Below, one piece after another: positions 9,760 to 18,634 of a DNA stretch of 64,000 bases (the stretch's first letter is position 1; the number at the start of each line of letters is the position of its first letter). The notes below the pieces were generated by a model, which had not been told where the DNA came from, searched no databases, and saw only the letters and a program-made list of their open reading frames with translations. Origin of the DNA: Promethearchaeota archaeon Loki_b32 (GTDB lineage: Archaea; Asgardarchaeota; Lokiarchaeia; Sigyniarchaeales; SOKP01); the NCBI GenBank assembly GCA_005223125.1, contig NJBH01000004.1:64001-128000 (forward strand), read 5' to 3'. A program made the translations under genes and the position numbers.

Positions 9760-10872
9760 TTATTTTAAGTTTTTCATGAATTCTTTTCTTCGTTCTATTT
9801 TTGATTCTGAAAATTTAGCTATTAGGGTTTTTATATTTCCTTTTGTATTTTCATCAAGTTTTAAGTTTTTAATAATGTTTTTATCTAATGCCTTCTGGAG
9901 TAACTGCCTACCTTTTTCAGTTCGGGGTATTACAGTAGTAAATCTATCTGGGGATCCAAGCCCTCCAAACGAAATATCTGAATAAATATTGGTAAAATCA
10001 ATACATGAATGACAAGCTGGGCGTATATAATTAACTAATTTATTAAAAGGAATATGGATTATCTTTTCTTTTGAGTCTTTATCTTCTAGCTTTAAAATTA
10101 AATCCTCCTTAATATTTATTTTTATAATATCTTCGAATTTTATCTTAAATTCTTTTTCAAATATCTCGATTTGAGATTTTTCAAATAGAAAATTGTGATA
10201 ACAGAATAAACCTAAACAAATCTCAACATGTTCTGAAGGGGTAACTCCTAAAGTCTGCATACATCTTATAGTATAAATTTGACAAGGTGTTCCCACAATT
10301 GCTAACTTTTTAAATTTATAATGACTTAATTGAGGAATTGAGGTTGTATAAGTGCTAAACCTTTGTATTTCATCTACTTGTGGAGATATATTTAAAATTG
10401 TACCCGATGCTTTAATTAGGTCGTCTTTATTCTCTGCCAACATAGCTTCTCGAGAAAATGGACTCTCAGCTTTAGAGACTATTGCTCCATCGATAATTTT
10501 ATTTTCTAATAAGAAATTTAAAAGTGTATTTACCACACCTCCATCTGTCCCATGTTTTAGAAATTCTTTATCCGTACTTTGACAAGAATAGAAATCTTCA
10601 GCAAATCCGTAAGGCATTGATTTAAAATCAGTGAATTGATATGTCTTATTAAGATCATCATCTAAAATATGTGTTTGAGGGCACAAGTAATAACATATAC
10701 CACATTCAAGGCATGCATCCTTATTTATATATTCAGGAGGGGATTTAGGCTCTTTAAAGCCTATTACATTCTCGAATGTTGCCGAACAGAAAGAAGTACA
10801 TCCACCACATTCTTGGCAGATCCCTTTTTCATGAACTTCCTTAATTAAATCTTGAAATGTTTTTATACTCAT
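9760..10872 (-). CDS. F420-reducing hydrogenase/dehydrogenase beta-subunit (FrhB/FdhB) family
   Basis: Ferredoxin motifs, DGGVV, VGTPCQ, GLFC, CxxCxDF, DISFG; start moved to ATG 10872 (MSIKTF) to avoid overlapping the upstream gene. Confidence 0.88.
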   Translation of the reverse strand: MSIKTFQDLIKEVHEKGICQECGGCTSFCSATFENVIGFKEPKSPPEYINKDACLECGICYYLCPQTHILDDDLNKTYQFTDFKSMPYGFAEDFYSCQSTDKEFLKHGTDGGVVNTLLNFLLENKIIDGAIVSKAESPFSREAMLAENKDDLIKASGTILNISPQVDEIQRFSTYTTSIPQLSHYKFKKLAIVGTPCQIYTIRCMQTLGVTPSEHVEICLGLFCYHNFLFEKSQIEIFEKEFKIKFEDIIKINIKEDLILKLEDKDSKEKIIHIPFNKLVNYIRPACHSCIDFTNIYSDISFGGLGSPDRFTTVIPRTEKGRQLLQKALDKNIIKNLKLDENTKGNIKTLIAKFSESKIERRKEFMKNLK

Positions 10873-10888
10873 ATTAATAATTTTTATA

Positions 10889-12385
10889 TTACTCCTTTTC
10901 CAATTTGATTGGTTTACAATTTTTTCTTTTGATACCAGCAATCCTTTCTAATAAGGGTTGCCCTGGTTTAACCTCCTTTAAGCTTTTAGATTCTATTAAA
11001 CCTGCTTTAATTGCCTCTTTATAGATTTTTTCACCTATTTTTGTTCTTGTTATTACTGATGACCAGCCACTAGGTGAACCTATTGATCCTACAGAAATAT
11101 CAGCAAAATCGGCTGTTAAATCTTCACAATAATGACAATTATGGCGAGCATAGGACTTAACTTCTTTTAAGGGTACTCTTAGGTCCTCACCAGAATCTAA
11201 GTATATAATGAATTTACCTCCACTTATGTCCATTTTTGTTACTTTATTAAAATCTTTTTGAAATTGTTCTTTAATTAAGTTAAGTACGCCCTCGTAAGGA
11301 AAAGATTCCATGCAGAAAAGTCCTATTCTATATTTGATATTTTTGAAAAATGGTAATCCACTCGGAAACAAAGTACCCTTTTCAATAGCATTCATTATAC
11401 ATGGAGTACCTACAACAGCTATTTTGTCATATTTCTTGGCTTTATCTATAATAGCTAAAGTAGATGCATTTGCATATTTAGTTCCCCCAGTCTTATATAA
11501 ATCTTTCAAATCATCCACAATGACGGGTTCAGGCTTCCATTTCTCTTCTGAGTGCTGTACTGCTACAATTGCGTCAACCAGTTTATTTTCTAATAAGTAT
11601 TGTAAAATGGATGTAACAACACCACCATCTTGTCTTACTTTTTTAATATCATCCTTAGTGGTGCTGGCAGAATAAGTATTGATATAACCATTAATTTTTT
11701 CTGAAAATTTTAAAGATTTATCAAGCTTATTTATACTTCTGCCCGCTTGCTCAATTGAAAATGATTTCGGGCAAACAGAATAACATATGCCGCATTTCAT
11801 ACAAGTTTCATCATCGATCTCCAAAATATCTGCTGTTACTGTAATTGCGTTTACAGGACAAATTGATGAGCACCAACCACATTGACAGCATACTTCAGAA
11901 TCAAACACAATAGAAACAGGTTCAAAAAAATGTTCAATGAAGTCATCAGGCAGATCTTTAACTTGATATCTATAGAAATATTCTTTTTCCTCGACTTTTT
12001 TTTCTTCTCCCTTTATTTTCTTGATAACAGTTTTAGTCTTTATTTCGATATGTTCTTCAATATATCCCTGTTCTTTAAGATAAATTACATCACGAATTAC
12101 ATTTTCTCTAGGAAACTCTTTTAGAATTTTTGCAATTTCCTCTAAAAATAATGGTTCCTTACCTTTTAATGATTCTAACACTAATTTACGCTCTGTTTCA
12201 GCATCGATCATAGCATCCAGAATTTCATAAAACTCCTCCTCAGAAAGTTTTCCTACACTTAGAATATCATTCTTTGCTTCGAAGAAAGCTCGAATTTGAA
12301 AATTCTCAACTGCTTTATAGGTTGCATCCATTAAATTTTTTGGAGATACTCCATTGAAATTTACATTGTTTGAAATTTGAACCAT
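10889..12385 (-). CDS. FrhB/FdhB-family protein with extra N-terminal (helical/wHTH-like) region
   Basis: CCQCGWCSSIC, QDGGVVT, VGTPC, GLFCME, CHYCEDLTADFADISVGSIG. Confidence 0.88.
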   Translation of the reverse strand: MVQISNNVNFNGVSPKNLMDATYKAVENFQIRAFFEAKNDILSVGKLSEEEFYEILDAMIDAETERKLVLESLKGKEPLFLEEIAKILKEFPRENVIRDVIYLKEQGYIEEHIEIKTKTVIKKIKGEEKKVEEKEYFYRYQVKDLPDDFIEHFFEPVSIVFDSEVCCQCGWCSSICPVNAITVTADILEIDDETCMKCGICYSVCPKSFSIEQAGRSINKLDKSLKFSEKINGYINTYSASTTKDDIKKVRQDGGVVTSILQYLLENKLVDAIVAVQHSEEKWKPEPVIVDDLKDLYKTGGTKYANASTLAIIDKAKKYDKIAVVGTPCIMNAIEKGTLFPSGLPFFKNIKYRIGLFCMESFPYEGVLNLIKEQFQKDFNKVTKMDISGGKFIIYLDSGEDLRVPLKEVKSYARHNCHYCEDLTADFADISVGSIGSPSGWSSVITRTKIGEKIYKEAIKAGLIESKSLKEVKPGQPLLERIAGIKRKNCKPIKLEKE

Positions 12386-12448
12386 ATTTACATCCTTTTG
12401 GATTACATTTTTTAAAAAATTTTATTTTTACTTGAATACTATTTAAAA

Positions 12449-12516
12449 ACCCCTTCCCTTGCGAGGTTGGTCTTCTTATAACTAGAATTTGTTTATAAGA
12501 ATCATTCCGTAGGGGT
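12449..12516 (-). promoter_or_regulatory. Eukaryote-like SECIS element (AUGA...GA kink-turn core)
   Basis: Minus strand: ACCCCU..GGA-AUGA-UUCUUAUAA-[ACAAAUUCUAG]-UUAUAAGAA-GA-CC..AGGGGU. Perfect 9-bp upper stem, adenosines in the loop, lower ACCCCU/AGGGGU helix; directly 3' of two UGA-containing genes. Confidence 0.8.
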
Positions 12517-12963
12517 AGTTATAACTTGTTTTGCTTCAACTTTCGATTTATCATCTACTAAGTTAAGTGGACTTGGTCCGGCTTTGCTAACCTTTTTGTA
12601 AGCGTCCTCAACAGATTCGACAAATTTCCCAGCATCTCCTCCACTTAACCAATACATATTTATTCTTTGATTTCCGAAACCTCTGGATTCTAAGATCCTA
12701 TTTGCTAAGTCTACATGTCTTTGAGCAGTGAAATTTCCGTTTTTAAATTGACACTCATTAGGTCGTCAACCAACAATCATGACACCATCAGCTCCCGCGC
12801 GAATGCTATATAAAATGTGCTTAATGTCAATTCTTCCAGTACATCTTACTTTGATAATTTTTACTGCAGGAGTGTATTTCATTCGAGAAACCCCAGCTAA
12901 ATCCGCCGCGCTATATCCTCATTTTATGCAAGCAAAAACGATTAAATTATAAGTATTTTCCAT
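12502..12963 (-). CDS. mvhD: Selenocysteine-containing MvhD/VhuD (153 aa; Sec UGA at 12919-12921 and 12766-12768)
   Basis: Manual translation: MENTYNLIVFACIK-U-GYSAADLAGVSR...VRCTGRID...ADGVMIVG-U-RPNECQF...WLSGGDAGKF. Both UGAs align with Cys in the paralog at 4985-5416 (CNWC, GCHIGDC). Confidence 0.92.
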
Positions 12964-12969
12964 GTTTTT

Positions 12970-15008
12970 TTAACCACCTCCTAAAAGACCATCAATTTCA
13001 GCGAATAATTGGTGATCTCGATAATATCTGATGTCAATTGCTTGAGTAGGACAACAAGTAGCACAAATACCGCAACCGTCACAATTTATTTCATCAATAA
13101 ACGCTCCGATATCTTCTTCAATTCTAATAGCATTTTTAGGACATTCTTTTTCACATCGTCTACATGAAATGCAGAATTCACTATCTACTTCAGCAGTAAT
13201 AAGTTCAATATCAATTTCTCCTGGTGATGTTACTTCAGCAACTTTACTAGCCGCAGCTCTAGCTTGAGAAACGGAGTAAGAAATATTTTTCGGTCCTTGA
13301 GCAAATCCAGCAATAAAAATTCCTTTTGCCTTTGTTTCTTGTGGCATTAAACCGAAATGTGATTCTGTAAGAAAGCCATATATATTAGTATCAAGATTTA
13401 ATACCTTTACAATCTGTTCAGTACCTTTTGAAGGAAGTGCTGCTGTAGATAAAACGACTAAATCAGCATCAATTTTTACAATCTTATCTGTTAATGACGA
13501 ATATACACGAACTTTCACGTTTTTGGTTTCGGGATCTTCAGAGATTTCACCGACTTTTCCACGAATCATTCTGATACCTGCATCTTTAGCTCGTTCGTAG
13601 TATTCTTCAAATCCTTTTTCAGGAGTTCTTATGTCAATATAGCAAATAGTAATGTTCGCATCGGGAAATTCTTCGAGCAATAAGCGTCCATTTTTTAGAG
13701 CAAGCATACAGCATACACCACTACAATAGGTTCGTTCAGTTTCTCGACTTCCTACGCATTGTATAAATACAATTTCTTTGGGTTGTTTATTATCTGAAAG
13801 CCGGTGTACATGTCCTTCAAGTGGTCCATTCGGAGCTAGTATTCGTTCTAATTGAACTTGAGTTATAACATTTTCGAATTCTCCATACCCATATTCACCA
13901 AAAGGTTCATGTATGTCCCAACCAGTTGTTATAATGATCGTACCAACTTCGATATTGACTTCCATAGGTACTTGACTAAAATCAATGGCATCTAATTCAC
14001 AGGCATCTACACATGAGAAACATTCAACACAAGCATCTCGGTCAATATCATATAAAAACGGTACTGCTTGACCAAATGGTATATCAATTGCTCTTCGAGC
14101 TCCTAAATGTTCATCGAAATAATTACTTACATATACGGGGCAAACCTCACTGCATGCACCACACCCATTGCATTCGTCTGTTGTATATCGCGGTTTTTTT
14201 TCAATTGTTACGTTATAATTACCAACATAACCCTCGATTTTTTTGACTTCACTATAGGTTAATAATTCAATGTTCTCATTTCTGTTGATATTTAGCATAA
14301 CAGGACCGCAGATTCATATTGCACAATCATCAGTGGGAAAAGTTCTGTCCAATTGAGCCATTCGTCCTCCGATTGTCGTTTTCTGTTCGACTAAGTAAAC
14401 TTTTATACCTTGGTTGGCAAGATCGAGCGCGGCATTCATTCCAGCTATACCCCCACCGACGATTAAAGTGGCCTTCTTAACTGGAACAGTCTTAATAGGA
14501 ATGGGTTCTAAAAGTTTAGCTCTTTCAATACCGCTTTTTACTAATGTTTTTGCTTTTTCTGTAGCCTCTTCTTTACTATCCGTGCACCAATTTTGCATTG
14601 AGCAGTAAATCTGCTTAAAAAAAATCTGCAATGTTCACGGACGTTAACCATCTGAAAGTAATAAGGATTTAAATCTGTTTTAGCAATTGTACCCCGGTAA
14701 ATCACTTCATGCGTACGCGGTGTTCAAGCTGATGCCACAATCCTATTTAAACCTTTTTCCTTGATATCTTCTATTATCTCATTTTGAGCGTTATCAGTTC
14801 ATAGAAAAGCGTTTTTCTTAGAAATTACAATATCATCAAAATTTTTGGTTGCAAACTCTACGAGCTCGTCGCAATCAACCTTAGAACGGATATTAATCCC
14901 TCATTTGCCAAAAACAAGGAAATCATACTTTTTTTGGCAGGCATAATATCCAATCCTTAGCTGTTCATTATCTTTATTAATCTTCGTATCATTCCATTGA
15001 CTATTCAT
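12970..15008 (-). CDS. hdrA: Selenoprotein HdrA (~657 aa after splicing): join(15008-14934, 14903-14626, 14590-12970); Sec UGA at 14901, 14799, 14724, 14314
   Basis: Manual translation: RIGYYACQ-U-GINI, AFL-U-TDNAQ, ASA-U-TPRTHE, VREHCSWCTD, PTDDCAI-U-ICGP. Each U aligns with Cys in both Cys-form paralogs here. Removing 30+35 nt gives a 1974-nt frame of typical HdrA length. Confidence 0.88.
14591..14625 (-). other. Putative 35-nt BHB-type (tRNA-endonuclease) mRNA intron 2 in hdrA
   Basis: UUGC/GCAA central helix, bulges AG^A and AA^U, outer CCGUG/CACGG helix, inner AGCAG/CUGCU hairpin. Excision gives CAT TGC AGT TGG (HCSW) and repairs the frame. Confidence 0.8.
14904..14933 (-). other. Putative 30-nt BHB-type mRNA intron 1 in hdrA
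   Basis: UGCC/GGCA central helix, bulges AA^A and AA^U, A/U intron stem, outer GAUAUUA/UAAUAUC helix. Excision gives TGC CAA TGA GGG (C-Q-U-G), matching CHCG. Confidence 0.75.
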
Positions 15009-15467
15009 TTTTTTCCCTCTTTCTTTTTTTCCACCTCTTATTTTTGTGACAATTCAACACTTATTTATGCGCAATAGTAAACATACTTACTGATATATAC
15101 AGTAGTGTAAAAATCTCTATGATAGCATAAATTTTGTAAATTAATATTATATCATTTAGATTTTATTCTTTTTAATATTTTTATTTCTTACTATTTATCT
15201 ATGTAAGCAAATTTTAGGATTGTGATTATAGATTCAAACCAAATTTTATCTTTATGAAAATTTAAGAACAAGAAATTTCGATAAGCATTAGGAAAAAAAG
15301 GGAGAATTGATTATTTTTGCACATTTTAATGAGAAAATTTGAGTTCATTATAAAAAAGAAAATATAAATTTAAATAAATTATAAGAAAAAAAAATTTAAA
15401 TAAAAATCAGATAATAATCTTACCATTAGAAATTTCATTGAATAAAATGTCTTAAAGATGTGAGAAT

Positions 15468-16277
15468 ATGGCGGATGGAATCTTTATAATACGAGGTGGT
15501 TTTTTCGGATGGGAATTTACTCTTAAACTCCTTTACGTTATATTTGGACTTATCCTTTGCATTTATGATTGGAAGAAAAATAAAAGAAAAGATTATTTCT
15601 GGGTATTTATATTTGGGACAATGTTGTATCTTGGATCTGAAATGATGCTATATTTCTTTGGAGGGCGCGTTATGCAGGAAAAGCTTTTATTCGGTATGGA
15701 TATCACTTCCATGGTTTGGCTATGGCTTCCCCTATTGGCAGTGGGGGATGTCGTAATGTTAGCAGTAATCGCTCTATTTTTCGCTGATAGAATAAGAAAC
15801 TCAGAAACGCGAAAAAAGTGGGGAATTCTTTTCATAGTATGGTTAGTTTGTAGAGATGTATTACCATACATAATCCTTTTTGGTTTGGGTTACACATTTG
15901 ACACTATTTCTATTGGAGACCCTCTCATTTATTCTAGAAGAAATATGATAGAAATGGGCACACTAATATCTTTATCAATTCTTGTTGTTATTGCAATAAT
16001 CTGGCTCGTTAAAACAGATAAGAAATCAAGAAAGCGAGGATTATATATGATTGGTATAATGCTTATTCTGATGATAGCATGGAGTTTCGGAGAATGGTTC
16101 TCAGGTCAACGATGGATCGAGGTTGGACCAGAAGAAGGTCCTTGGACTCTTGCTCCCCCTCTCCTACAGTTTGCGATGTTCGCATATGATATAGTAATTG
16201 AAATGGGGCTTTTTACAGTGTGTTTTCTAGCATTTCCCTATTTTTTCAAATTGATAAAATCTGAAAAACAAGATTAA
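15468..16277 (+). CDS. Multi-pass membrane protein, unknown function
   Basis: 269-aa ORF with about 7 hydrophobic segments. Confidence 0.75.
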   Translation: MADGIFIIRGGFFGWEFTLKLLYVIFGLILCIYDWKKNKRKDYFWVFIFGTMLYLGSEMMLYFFGGRVMQEKLLFGMDITSMVWLWLPLLAVGDVVMLAVIALFFADRIRNSETRKKWGILFIVWLVCRDVLPYIILFGLGYTFDTISIGDPLIYSRRNMIEMGTLISLSILVVIAIIWLVKTDKKSRKRGLYMIGIMLILMIAWSFGEWFSGQRWIEVGPEEGPWTLAPPLLQFAMFAYDIVIEMGLFTVCFLAFPYFFKLIKSEKQD

Positions 16278-16421
16278 ATTTTCATTTTTTTTAACCAAAG
16301 GTAAGCAAAACCCTTTCTTCATTTAGTAATGCTTTCTTTATGATAAATGAGAAAAATTCTATATTATAATCAAAAAAGGATTAATAGAAATTAATGAATA
16401 ATCAATATAAAAATACGAAAT

Positions 16422-17417
16422 TTATTGATTGAATTTGATAGGACCAGGATGATTGTTATTTAAATATTCTCTATAATAATGAGACTTATTCAATAGGTAT
16501 TTTTGCGCTATTGGTTTAAACATCATAGTAAAGAATCGTGAGAATACAACTTTTTTTCTTACTGCATTAAAGTAATCTTCGAGAGTATACCTTTGATAAT
16601 TCAGAAGTGCTTGACTTTTATCTGTTGTCATAAATCCGCAGTGAAAGCCCCTTCTACTAAAAGCTTCCTCAGGTAATTCATTAAAACCAATCCCAAAAAT
16701 ACCTAACATTTCATTAAGATATTCTCGATATGAAATCCGACATTTGTCTCCACCAGCAATATGCATAACTTCTCCCCAAATCTCTTCGCTTTCCACCGCA
16801 TTAGTAAGCGCGAGACCGACATCTTTTGTATCACAAATTTCAATACATGTTTCGAGGGGCATTTCAAACATTAAAGGATCCATTTGAAGTTTATTCAAAG
16901 AGACGATATATGTTAAGCGAAAGATTGCCCACTCCAGACTAGATTTTTTAATCAATTCTTCGCATATGATTTTTTGTTTTGCATATTCATCGTCATGATT
17001 AGGATTTAATGGATCCTCAGGTGTTATTAAAGGATTCTCGAGTCGATCTCCATAGATAGCAACTGAACTTGTAAATATAAGTTTCGGCTTTTTGGGTTGA
17101 CTTTCCATTGCTCTAATAATATTTGAGGTTCCGCCAATATTAACCGATTCTGCAAATTTAGGTTTTTTATCGGCTAAAGGTGGGATTATCGCCGCGACAT
17201 GAACAACAACATCTCTATCAGAAACAGCTCTTTCTACATCTTTATAATTTCTTAAATCGCCCCAAACAACTTCTACATCTTTTTTATATTTGTTTGCTAA
17301 TCTTTTGTTTCTTTTAGTTTTAATATCAAAAATTCTAATATCATAATTTCTTTTCATCAATTCTTTTAAAGTACTCAATCCAACATTACCAAAAGCTCCT
17401 GTCAATAAAACTTTCAT
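16422..17417 (-). CDS. NAD-dependent epimerase/dehydratase (extended SDR, 3-beta-HSD-like)
   Basis: TGAFGNVG, HVAAII, TSSVAIYG, YxxxK (YAKQK). Confidence 0.9.
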   Translation of the reverse strand: MKVLLTGAFGNVGLSTLKELMKRNYDIRIFDIKTKRNKRLANKYKKDVEVVWGDLRNYKDVERAVSDRDVVVHVAAIIPPLADKKPKFAESVNIGGTSNIIRAMESQPKKPKLIFTSSVAIYGDRLENPLITPEDPLNPNHDDEYAKQKIICEELIKKSSLEWAIFRLTYIVSLNKLQMDPLMFEMPLETCIEICDTKDVGLALTNAVESEEIWGEVMHIAGGDKCRISYREYLNEMLGIFGIGFNELPEEAFSRRGFHCGFMTTDKSQALLNYQRYTLEDYFNAVRKKVVFSRFFTMMFKPIAQKYLLNKSHYYREYLNNNHPGPIKFNQ

Positions 17418-17484
17418 AAATAAATACCTCTAACCTTTATGATTTGATTTTTATATTCTTGTCTGACTGATATTCAGTATTAAG

Positions 17485-17526
17485 ATATATCAGAATCTAC
17501 TATAATATATATCTGAATCTACCATA
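17485..17526. promoter_or_regulatory. Tandem 20-bp direct repeat in the SDR promoter region (possible operator)
   Basis: ATATATCAGAATCTACTATA (17485-17504) and ATATATCTGAATCTACCATA (17507-17526), 22-bp period. Confidence 0.45.
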
Positions 17527-17707
17527 TATAAATCTTTGCATAAAAAAAACAATATAAGTAGAATTAAAAAATACTTTAATATTCGATAATGCTAAGAAAG
17601 ATTGAGTACTCCAAAAAGTTCAATTTAAATTATATGTATATATAACTTTTATATTATTGTGAAAATAACTATAAAAAAGTAAAATAATTATAAATAAGTG
17701 AAAGATA

Positions 17708-18457
17708 TTGATGAGTTTGAGTTTTGAAGATCTGAGAACTATTATAAGTTCTGGAAAAAAGACAGAATTTGCTAAAGCGATGGGTAATGTATTAACAGAA
17801 AAACAGAATAATCTTCCAGATTTTTACGATTTCTATGGTAAATTGATCAAAGAAGATATTATTTTTACATTGAGTAAATGCTATATTCGTTTTAGGAAAT
17901 ATGCACAAAGAATACTTTCACTAGATCAATTAATGGAAATGGATAAGATTCTAATGGAAAATTATGCATTAAGTAAGCATGAACCTATAGAATATTGTTT
18001 TTTAGGATCAATTTATAGAATAGGTGCTACGTGGGCTAGTTCGCTTTTTGGCGTTATATATATCACAAAATTAAGAGTAATAGGATTAGGAATATATCAT
18101 CAATCTTCTGGAGTAAGGGCTATTGCAAAAGCTGTATCCAGTTCGATCTATGACACATCACATAAGGCATTCAGACACTCGATGCAAAAAACACTGGGTG
18201 ATGATTTTTCTGAAGCGGAATTAACTAAATTCGATCATTTCTATCCTATTATTAATATGTATAATATTAAAAAAAAGAAGGATATCATAGTGTATACAAC
18301 TAAGCTTGAATATGAAAAAAAGGGTAAAACAAAGACAATAAAATTAACTATTAAATTAAAACCTGAAAAAGAGAAAAACGAAGATAAAATAGCTTTTACT
18401 ACAAAAAAGGAAGACCTTCTGAATAAAATTGAATCTTTCCTATTATCTTATCAGTAA
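17708..18457 (+). CDS. Hypothetical protein
   Basis: 249-aa ORF; no family recognised. Confidence 0.65.
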   Translation: MMSLSFEDLRTIISSGKKTEFAKAMGNVLTEKQNNLPDFYDFYGKLIKEDIIFTLSKCYIRFRKYAQRILSLDQLMEMDKILMENYALSKHEPIEYCFLGSIYRIGATWASSLFGVIYITKLRVIGLGIYHQSSGVRAIAKAVSSSIYDTSHKAFRHSMQKTLGDDFSEAELTKFDHFYPIINMYNIKKKKDIIVYTTKLEYEKKGKTKTIKLTIKLKPEKEKNEDKIAFTTKKEDLLNKIESFLLSYQ

Positions 18458-18634
18458 GTTCAACTATGTTTCGCAAGACGATGCTTGTAAAAGATTAATC
18501 TTAAAGTTTTAATGAATATTTTTGGATTTAGTTTTGCATTGATAGTATTTTTTCAAACATGGTTTTTTGGTGAAATCGTGTTATATTTGCTATTTTTTAG
18601 AATACCTAATCTCTTTTATCTATTCTATATTGAA

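Noticed and set aside
14617-14624. Homopolymer error or ribosomal frameshift at the U8 run as the sole explanation of the hdrA frameshift
   Set aside because: It would leave about 12 extra residues inside the conserved CSW motif, whereas BHB excision restores it exactly. Not fully excluded without reads.
14314-14631. ORF-track 105-aa ORF (and 12970-14298) as stand-alone genes
   Set aside because: They are fragments of one hdrA: the N-terminus MQIFFKQIYCSMQN is mostly intron-2 sequence and the 'stop' is a Sec UGA at a conserved Cys.
12502-15008. Reading hdrA/mvhD as decayed pseudogenes
   Set aside because: All six internal stops are UGA at conserved Cys positions, a SECIS follows, and both insertions excise precisely by the BHB rule. 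Random decay would not give this pattern.
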